A stretch of DNA of 64,000 nt from Trichinella spiralis. Lineage: Eukaryota. The notes under the pieces are model-generated. The model saw only the letters and a program-made list of their open reading frames with translations, did not search any database and was not told where the DNA came from. The position numbers were made by a program, and so were the translations under genes. Of this stretch, positions 41,001 to 51,606 are shown piece by piece (the first letter of the stretch is position 1; each line of letters starts with the position of its first letter). Where the stretch lies: NCBI RefSeq assembly GCF_000181795.1, contig NW_003526941.1:2364486-2428485 (forward strand), read 5' to 3'.

Positions 41001-43711
41001 ATCAACGCAAAAGAGACACAGAACCGAACACTTTCTAGTGGGGTAGGAGGGGGAATGGGGACGGTGGTGGTGGTGGTGGAGGAGTAGGAGGAGGAGGAGG
41101 AGGAGGAGGAGGTGTAGGAGGAAGGAAAGAGAAGAAGAAGAAGAAGAAGACGAAGAAGAAGAAAAATAAGAAAGAGAGAGAGAGTGTGAGCAAGTGCTTT
41201 TTCGCTTAAGCGCGGCGTGTATGGGCTACCTTTTCTTAGCGCAGCTTCCTGAGCTGTTTCATTGATGGCGGCGGCGCGTGAACGTGAAATGTAATCTGTG
41301 TAAAGTGAAAATGAACAACGCACATCGTGCAACTTCATGTGCAGCAACATTTCATCGCCTGCCAGGCGAAATTTCGAGCGTTTTGTCATCGCAGATCACC
41401 TGCAGCTTGCATTTCTAGCTTGCCAATTTAGCATTAATAACTTGTCTGCCGCCAAGTTCAACGTCGACCGACAATGCGATCAAATGATTATCATAAACAA
41501 AATGCGTGTCTTTACCTGGTGATGCTGAGCAGGAACCGATTCCAGAGTCGGGTGCAGTTTTTGGTGTTTGCTTTTCTTTCACAATTTCCGTGTATCCGTT
41601 CGAAGTGCGCGGTAAAGTGGAAGAATTGATGATGGTCGTTGTCTGTCGAGAGCTGAATTTCGACGATGCTAAAAATTTAACATTCACTTCATTTCATTTA
41701 TTAATAATTTGGTGAAATAATAATAACAGGCGAATGCTCGTTGAAAACTTGTCCCCCTTACACGCAATATTAGCACTACTACTAGTAGCAGTAGCAGTAG
41801 TAGTAGTGGTAGTAGTAGTAGTAGTAGTAGCAGTAGTAGAAGCAGGCTTGACCAAGTCGGCACTTAACGTTTTGCGATTGCTTAGTTTCGCTTCTGTGGC
41901 AGCGTCGGTTGGCCAACATGGTTGAATTTCAACTGTCACCTTGGATCTAATGGAACCTTTCAATAGTTGCTTCACCTCAGCCGGTGTGGACAATTGCAAC
42001 GACACGCCATCAACGGATAACAGTTCATCACCGATAGAAAATGCGCCACATCTTCAACAACAACAACAACAACAATAATAATAATAATAGAAATAATTGA
42101 TTAATTTCAATATCAACCCTGATAATATGGAAAATGAATATGCGTGTCCGCATTACCTGTCCGCAATGCTAGCCGGAACAATACCAACGATTCGGAATAT
42201 TCTTTTAGAAACATAGCCAGTATCGCCGATCAATTGCAAGCGGACTCCTAAATCGCATCCAGGTGGTTTGTCGATTTCTAATAGAATCGGGCGAGCAGTA
42301 TTTTTTATTGAATCTGCAAATCAACAATAATAATCTTCACATTCAGTGGTGTTCATCAAAGTTTACCGATTATCAGAACATCATATTCAACAGACAAGCG
42401 TACAGTACCAGTACTTTTGCTCAGCAGGTCTGTTATTCGTGCAAGGCTTTGCTGTCTAAGATCAATACCATTGATGGCTAATATTCTGTCACCGATTCTT
42501 AATCGTCCTTCTCTGAATTAAAAAACAAACAAACAAACAACAAAATTCTACAAATTTCAGTTTTATATCATTGATGTTCAAAATTTTTTACCTATTCACT
42601 GGACCACCTGAACGTATGTGAACGACAGTTACAGGATGAGCAATTCCGTCAGTGCGACCGCCGCGTACAACAAAGCCAATGCTGCGTTCCTCTTTCTCCA
42701 ATTTCAGCTCAAACGTTTTAGCAATGCAAGTTCGAGACGGTATGAATGCTAAACACGCAAATGATATATACTAACAGTACAAGTGCAGTAATAATACAAG
42801 ATAAACAGATGAATGAAAAATCTCAACCTACACAAATCGTTTAAATTATATGCTGTCAGCAACGATATATGCTGGCCAGCATTTTTCAGCAAGTTCAATA
42901 TTTCATTGTACGTCAGTGTTTCCACTCGAATACCATTCACTTCGAGTAGATGATCACCAACCAGGATACTGTCACTTCTGAAAATTTCCAGCTGTATTAT
43001 AGCTGAACATGTATGCATAACAAAACGACATCGAATATGTTTTTTTTTTAATTTTTCGACTAACAGAATTGGAAATGTGCCAAATACATGAAGAGCAAAG
43101 CAATACATTGCTACATAACTTTTATGGAAATGAAATGCATAGTTTTTACCTGTCAGCGATGCTTCCAGCTCGAACACAAGAAATAAACGGCTTGTATCCT
43201 TTGTCAGCACCACCAGATATACCAATGCCCCAACTACTGTCACTTTCGCGATACAATTCCACCGAAACGGTCGCTTTGCTTTCTTCTGAAAACATGTTTA
43301 TCTTCATCGCTGTTGGCAACAACTATCTTTATTGTCGAATTTTCAGTGTTTTAAAATTAAGTCTGTCAGAAAGCCGATGGCAAGGACAATTGGCAACAGA
43401 CGGCCTTTATTAGCCGCCAAGTTGGCGGAACAATGGAACAGCCTGAGGCTGGGCCAAGCGAGCCGACCAATTATGGCACCATTTACTACCCCTTGCTTGA
43501 ATGAATAATCGAATTACGCATGCATATTGTATACGTTTCGAGGCCCGAGTACTGACGGGCTTTGACGCTTCCCTTGATTACTTTCATTTTTGTTTTCTAT
43601 AGTGTTTAAAAATTGATTTTTGTTAAACTTTCAAGCTAGCTTTTTCAAGCTGCGCACTGACTGTGACTGAGAAGTGGGAACACGGAAGGACGAGCAAAGG
43701 GTTTTCGTATA

Positions 43712-43750
<39 letters not shown>

Positions 43751-46700
43751 GTGCTTACCTGGAATGTCTTTTTGATAAAAGCGATTCGTGCTCACTCGAT
43801 AAACGGTGTCTGAAATAAACGATTTTTAATATAAATACAACAACAACAACTACTACTACTACTACTACAACCACTACTACTACTACTGCTACTACTACTA
43901 CTGTTAGTACAAAATCAGTGCTTTCTTTACTTGGTCTAGTGGCCATTTAGCTGGTTAACAAGTTATGTTTGTCATCAAAACCAAACTTCTTGCTCTTTAG
44001 CAAACTTTGAAAGAGATATCTACCTCCAGTGAATGTATATCGATAAATAATGTAGTTACGGTTTCAATTCAAACTCTGAAATGCTCAGCACGATCATTAT
44101 TTACTTCTATTTGGTTTTGATGAAAGAATTCTTTTCTTTTCATTTTTTATTCAATGTAGTAGTGGTCCCCTGTCCATATTATTTACCAACTGAAGTACTA
44201 ACAAAAGGTAACGGAATGATCATGAACATTTATGTTGGCTAAAGCTTAAATTTCTCTCAACAAGTTAATTGTTTTTAAACAGTGGAAATTAATTCGTTTT
44301 CACTAATTCGAGCACGGCAGTGGGGAAGAATAAATAATGTTCTGTAATTTGTGAACAGTTGCTCTGAAACGTGAAAATTTTTCAAATAACGCAACAGCCG
44401 AGCAATAATAGACAAAATATGCAAAGTAGAAAACAACGAACGATGCTTGGAATCAATAATGAGAAAATGATTGGATAGATGCTAGCTAGCGAATTTGTCA
44501 GCCAGGGAACACAAGCAACATGGTAGGTAAAAAGATAAAAGCAAAATAAAAGAAAAGAGGCGACACATGCATGATTTGAAAAATGCAATGATGCAGGACG
44601 AATTGTGAAAGGGTTGTCATGACTGGAAAAGTTTAAACATAAAATAATATATATTGTGTGTGCGTGTGTGTGTGTGTGTCAACACACGCGGTATGTAATT
44701 CTGGGCAGTGGCGTCCGGCCTTGTGACCTCAGCGGTCAAGAAAAGAACGTTGTATTGTTCATTTTTGCATTGTGTTGACGAACGGCGTCGTTTCGCTTGT
44801 CAGTTGGTGTCCTTCGACCGGTTGTAGTTGAACAGTCCACATGAACAGTAAGCGAAAAGCATGTGCGATGTGCACAAGTTGGACACTTTCCAGCTAAAGA
44901 GCCGACATCACACATCTGCTGATTTTTCTTCATTGGATGCGGACTTTTATTTATTTTTCTTTGTTTTATTCATCATCTTTTTCACATTTGGTTGCTTACA
45001 GCTAACCACCATTGGCAATGGCAGCAGAGCTGATTTTTCAAGCTCGACCGGAAGAAAAAGTATTTTTTGAGTGGGTGACACGTGTCGCTCGCCAGTGGAC
45101 ACAATTATCTCGGTCGGTCGGTGGGACAAGTGGTCACCGTGTTTGCTGTAGACCGTCGATGGCAACCGGAAAAGCTGTTCAACGCTGCCGCTATCAACGG
45201 AGGAGGGGAAGGCAGAGGGTTTTGCCGGATACGACAACAGTGCAGATATTTTATTGCATACCCAAGCGATCACTTTACTGAGGAAATTGGCATCGTAAAT
45301 TTGAACATTAACCTGCACGTTGTTAGCACGGCTATCGAAAGAGAAAATTACACCCCTAACACAGAAAGAGAGAATAAATGAAATATGCGAACACGAACAG
45401 AGAAAGGAGAGGTGAAAAAATCCAAAAAGCAAGGAGAAATGAAAATGAGAAAAAAAATTTTTTTTCTCCCTCCCCCCCCCCTTCACTCACTTCGTTGTCC
45501 AAGTGGATGAGTGAGGATGTCAGCTTTTAAACATGTAATACAGACGTTGCTTTTAAGATGCTAGAAATGAAATTTGAAAACAAATCCCAACTCTTTCAAC
45601 TGTAAACATCGAATTCAGTATCAGAAAACAGATTAATGATGTGTGCATGTGTGGCAAAAACTTAAATTTGCAAACGATATTTTTCACCGCCAAATGGGTT
45701 GTTTAATTTGTGTTTAAACAAAGCGAGCAAAGCAGCTGATGGTGAGATTTGTATCAACAGGCTTATCTGACAGCTAAATCTTTTATAAGTGTTATTTTTC
45801 GAGATGACTTTATTTTGATCAGGAAAAATAAACCATAAAGATAAATTAAATGGCAGCTTATAACGAAAACTAGCGACCAGTTGCTGAATAAACAGGATAA
45901 CACAGCATTGGTGTTATTTTACGTTCAGCGATTAATCGCAAAGTTGCTTGTTGTTCATCTTGAAAATGTATCTATTCTGTCTGTGTGTTGGAAGTTAAAG
46001 GCAACAAATGAGAAAATTAAGAAAGAAAAACAACCCTTTTCTTGAAATTAGCTCAAATGAATTTTGCTCATTTAGTATAATTTATCATTCGGTAGGTAAA
46101 TAATAGTTTTTGAAATTGCTGCGCACTTGATGCGTTGGCAATTTGTCGGAAACGTTGAGTAAAGCTGCTTGCTCGGCAGAAGGTTTGCAGATGTATTTGA
46201 ATAAACACAAACTGGTAGAATGAAAAATGAACATTGAAAGTTGTGTGCTTTTTTGTTTTATTGATTTTCTTCCGATTGCAAGCCATGTTTTTAAAAATCC
46301 ATCATTACCTTAGGTTAGCTTTTCGTTTCTGTTCAACTTCTTTTGCAAGAATGAATGTTTGTCTGTTTCTCTGCTAATTGACAATTAGCAATTGGTCTCG
46401 ATATATCGGTGAAACTTAAGACGTCATTTCCTCAGAGTTTGGTGTGAACCTCTGAGGACTTCAGGACGAATGAAACATCTCTGAACGAATCTTGGAACAA
46501 AAATCTTTCTAGTTATTTTCTCTTTTTTTACTGTCGAATGAGCAACAGCAGTAGCTGATCCGTGAACACTGCGTGAACGCTAGGCTGAAATCTGACTAGA
46601 CCCATAGTGGACGTCGTCTCCATCAGCGGGCGGCTATTGAAAATATACTCCACAGTTTTACAGATACAGAAACGGTACAGATCTTGACAGTCGTGTTGTC

Positions 46701-48310
46701 CACTTCATCGTAGAAAAGACAGTTCTTCCCCTTTGAACATTATATGTCGAATATGACAGTAGATTTGGTGAAAGCCAAATGGCATTCGGCGGGGGCTTTC
46801 TGCATTTTGTTTTTGAGGGAAATTCAAAAATATGATATGCAGCTGCCATCTCCCGCGTTCTGCTTTTCCGAAGCGTTTGCCGAGCAATTGTCACCTACTG
46901 TAGCAAGCTTTGTGGCTGACACAAGCGCGGCAAGCGGTCGATGGCGTTGACCACCTGCGCTTGGCTTGTCATCTGCGACGCCTGTTAAAGCTCAAGCTGG
47001 AGACATTGGATAAAGCAAAGCATTGGTGATGTTAGAAAAAATGGAAAAAGCAAAAAAAACCATAAGGCGCCTGTCGACCTTAACTGAATTTGAAGCTGCG
47101 GTCAGTAGTTTCGGCAAAAGCTTTTTTTTTCTTCTGAATTGGAAAGAGAACGGAAAAATGAGAATAAGAAGAAGAAGAAGTATCACTGCCTCATTTATAA
47201 GTAACACTTCTGAATTGACTCTGCTTAAGAGTTGAGATGTTCAACGTTTGTCATACTTTTACAGAAAATGAGAATTTTTTCAGCGTCGGTTTATCAAGTC
47301 TATCAAGTCAAATATATATACAAATATAAGTGGACAAACAGAGCGCCTAATGCAGACTGTCTACAAGCATTTCGGCGCTTTTTCTAATCGGGTTGACCCT
47401 GACTGCAATAGCGGTCAGGTTTTTTTGCAAAGTTTGCTAATATAAAACACAAACAAACAGTTCAAGCATTCTAAATGAGAAGAGCATGGAATGCGAACTT
47501 TTTTAAATATACCTTCGGTTAGAGAGTAACGACTTGAGATTGGCGGTAATGCACGTATGTGAAGTGGGCTTGGCCGGGTACATGTCGAAGTGAAAACTGC
47601 TGGCCTATAGCGCAGCTCATCCAAAGAAAGCCACTTAGCCAGGTTGTCTCGGTGTTTTGTAAACGTGTGAACACTGACTACTTGCACTGGAACATTCAGA
47701 TGTGTTTGTTATTTGTATCTATTGCACCACTTATCTGTCCGTGTATCTATCCATCTATCTCTCGCTCTTTCATTCTTTCACTCTTGGAAACATTCATTCA
47801 CTATATGCTTTTTGGCAGGAGAGGGGGGAGAGAGAGAAAGAAAGAAAGAAAGAAAACATCCCTCCTCGTCGACTGACGATAATGATTAATTAACCGTCAA
47901 AGTGAAAATGTTTGTGGTCGGATGGATTGGCACAAGTAGAGCTCATGGCTAGGAAAAATTGTTTTCTCACGCAATACGTCACGCTCGCTGTTCAGCGTTT
48001 TGCAATAGCAATCGGTTGGTAAATTTTTATATGTTGCGCGCGTATTGAAATGAGCTTTGGAAAAATCTATCCGGTAAAATTTTCCACCATATTTTTCCGA
48101 AATACAGAACAAGAAATACAAATTTACAAAATCAGAGGCTAAAAAATGAGAAAGAAACCGTCTCCTCAGAAATGTCATATGACGTCACATATGTCAACTG
48201 ATTCAATGTTGAATGTTAAATGAAAAACAGTCAAAATTGTAGATGTATAGCTTACCGGATTTGGTCAACGATTTGGATGATTTCTTCTTCCGCTTCGCTG
48301 CGCAGAACAT
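38064..48310 (-). CDS. Glutamate receptor-interacting protein (GRIP)-like scaffold with seven PDZ domains, multi-exon
   Basis: Spliced N-terminus ..[34 protein letters not shown]. Other GRIP-like segments: [93 protein letters not shown] and [14 protein letters not shown]. Stop at 38064. The first-exon assignment (48310) is less certain than the gene body. Confidence 0.9.
41041..41185. repeat. Purine-rich simple-repeat tract (GGT/GGA/GAA) in a GRIP intron
   Basis: Directly visible (GGT)n, (GGA)n, (GAA)n and (GA)n runs. Confidence 0.85.
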
Positions 48311-49108
48311 TTTGGCAAACAGATCCAATGGGTCAGGTTATTATTACTGTTGGATAAAGTAGATGGAGGCAGGGTTGAACAGTTGGATTCGCACAGTAAG
48401 CGTACCTGAAATTCTGTCCGCTTACAAAAAATAGCAATGTTTTACACGCACATGGGCGCCGCAGTGTAGAGCAAATAAGCGACTGACTGCAGTGACGTTT
48501 GCGCAACGCGATTCTCGCGACCTGAGGGTCGAATTTTGGGACCGACCAATGACCACTGCCGGCTAGAGGTCGATCGGCTACTGGTCAACTGGCGCTGGAA
48601 GAGAAAAGTGAACTCGAACAAGGCTAGCGCGCTAGGAAAAAGTCGGCCGGCCCACCGACCGGCCGGACGCTGCTTGACTGACCAATGACCGGAAAAGGTT
48701 GGCGTGAAGAAGCGCGAAAAATTCAAAAAAGTTGCTCACTCTGGCCAGCTGGACACACGCTCTCATTTTTGACAACGAATGTCGAAGTCAACTTCACATA
48801 TGATGCATATACGTCTGTTTCACTTCAACTACATATATATATATATACATGCATGTATAAGAACAATTGCACGAGTCGTTGAACAATAAAAACCGAATGG
48901 GACACTTATGACTGCCCGTCTGCTAGCTTGCTGAGCTAGCCAACGAATTGGCATCTGCTTTCGACCGTAACAAATCGGGATGATTGATTATTAAACGCAA
49001 AGATTGAAAAGCAGCTTTGAAGTGGCCGTGAAAACGTGAAATTGATTCAAAGATTGCAATGGACCCATTTTTGCTTTTTCGAATCTTCATGGGCATCGGT
49101 GGTCCTTG

Positions 49109-51606
49109 GTGAAATTCTCTTGACGGGATTGGCTCTCCACATAACTAGGCTAAATTGTTACTGAATTTGGCGCGAAAAATAAGCATATGCCAAGCAGCTG
49201 TGACTCACTCTGACCGGACGGACGATGAACACATGGCGGGATGTTGTTTTATGTTTGGAACTATAGACACATGTTTTGCGCGATGAAAATTTCAACTATA
49301 CAACAGGGTCAACGGAGAATGCTTTTTTCTTTTTCGTTTCATTGCTGCTTTCATTTCAAAAAAGTCATCGCTACTTATTTCTTTTACTTTGTTGCAACAC
49401 AATTTTTTATAAATACTTTTTTTTTCAGAATTATCATCTCTTTTGAATGTAAATTCTTCTTCTTTTTCTTCAACTTCAATTAAATTTTTCTATTAAGCAT
49501 TGCCGTTGATGAATAATAGTATTGTTTTTTAAGTGCTGTTTATTTAAATTGAAATGCGCGACGTGAATTGTAAGCCGCTTGTTTGTTATTCGTATTCGCG
49601 CTTTACAGATGAAAAACGCCGCCTTCGAATGACATAACAAAATATTGTCGTTGAATGCAAATAATACAAACAAAGCCAAAGCACACGCACAAACAGCACA
49701 AATAAGCGTGGTGCACAATTTTCTCAAAATAACAACCATCTGTTCAACAGCCACTTCGACATTTTCTGTGTATTCTTTACAAGACAAGCAAGCAACTCGA
49801 CTTTAGGAACAAATATCATCACGCTTTGATGACGATGCATGAATAATAAATAAGTGCAAATAAGTGTTGAATTTGTTGTCTTCGGCATCGTTGTGGTCAT
49901 AAAAGTCAAAGGAAGTTTGCTAGTTTACTAGCCCAGGTCATTGTAGTACGTTAGCTGGGTTCTGATATGACTGAGGGAACAAGGACACGGATGTTTGGAA
50001 AAGAAGGACAAAAAGGGGCGAAATACTTATTCGGCTCTACTTTTCTTCCACTGTAAATATAGAATAACATTTCTAGACAAATGCTATATTTGGAGTTTGA
50101 TCTTTGCCGAAATCAACAAATGCAATACACCATTGCGCAGTTGACTGATGATATAAGCGAACCTCAGCCACGCCCTGTTTTCCCAATATCCGTATCCGTT
50201 TACTGGTTGCCATTCTTTCCCAAGTGATTTCTTCAACTCTTCCAGATATCTTGCTCCACATCCGTGCATCTCATCGTGCAAGAAGCAACAACACTGCTCT
50301 CCACGAAAAACCGCAACCACGAAACGTAACCCCGAAAAACCTTACAACAGCTCCCCTTTCACAACAAAAATCTTCGCTTTTTTAAATTACGTTACATTAC
50401 ATTATGCATTCAACAAGGTAAACAACAATTGTTGTTCATTTCTTTTTTCCAGTGTGTTAGCTCTTACTTGCGACCGCTTGTTGCCGCGACTAGCGTTGTG
50501 CGTTTTGAACATTAATTTGATTTGATTACATCCGCATCTGGCTTAAATTACTCATCCATCGTTCATATATTCATTGGTCGCTCAACTGATATTATCAAAA
50601 AATCACTATGACAATATGCTTTCTTAAAAGAGTGAGTCGGCTTTTGTCGGTCCGCTTCACGCACACATTGATCTGTGCACACTGTTATAGCGGCGGTAAA
50701 ATTTGGGGTCGTTTCATTTTGAAAATTTGACTGATTGAAAGCAACTTAAAAATGCAATTTTAACTTCAACTGCAAGGTGTAATGTTCTGTTGAACTTATT
50801 TTTCTACTTTTATTTTTAATTTCTTTTTTTCTTCTTCACAAAGCAACGCTCGAGAGTAGTAATAGGTTTTTATGATAAATTTTACTGCCAGTTCAATGAC
50901 CGTAACTATTTTGCGGCAATTGTTGAAGGACATTTCAAGAAAAAACATTCTGAACCATATTATTTCAAAGAAAGATTGGAAATGTAATAAAATACTGCTT
51001 TTTTTCGCTTTATATATATATATATATATATGGGCATTTTAATGGATAGCATTGAAAGCATGGATGTATTATTGTAGTTTTGTAATTTTTTAGTGGGTTT
51101 TCACATTTGAACAGCTTAATACAACCAACGAAAGCAGTGTTGGTGAACAGTGCGCTTTCCAGTACTATTTTCTGATCAGAATATAATAAAATGGCTAATT
51201 GTTCAATTGGGCGAAAGTGAAAGGAGGAAACGGAGTAGGAGGCAACGCATGCAAGACTGGGCTAATTGAAGCGATTTAGCATACAAATAATTTGCACGAA
51301 TTGCTTGTTCAAAGAGATTGTTCAACGACGAGTAGCACGCCCAGGGAAAAATCTCATAATTGAAGTAGAAAATTAATGGCATTTATTATCACATTCATTA
51401 GTTATTTATAGCATTTATAGATGTAATTCAACTCTTATTTCAATCGAAAATTTTACATACTCCACATTGAATGCAAACAACTTTCACGTTTGCAATTTAA
51501 TAAATTTTTTCTATCTTGTACTATGTATGATAAAAGATTTGTCAGAAACGGTTTGTGTGCAATTTTTGTTAATGCTTTATTTGCAGTTGGCTTTTTCAGT
51601 CATTTT
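49109..51606 (+). repeat. First copy of a ~2.5-kb direct duplication
   Basis: Colinear with 61492-64000. ORF translations are identical (49241/61629, 49476/61864, 50073/62461). Confidence 0.97.

Noticed and set aside
40919..41389. 156-aa ORF in a GRIP intron
   Set aside because: Largely simple-repeat translation (poly-L/S/T/P). The GRIP exons on either side splice in frame without it.
43196..43204. GTATCCTTT, the U12-type 5' splice consensus
   Set aside because: It lies antisense within a GRIP coding exon. No U12-type donor was found in the sense orientation of any gene here.
44947..45486. 179-aa minus-strand ORF in GRIP intron 1 with a phase-1 GTAAGC donor
   Set aside because: No in-frame ATG near its start, no convincing phase-matched acceptor, and a low-complexity N-terminus.
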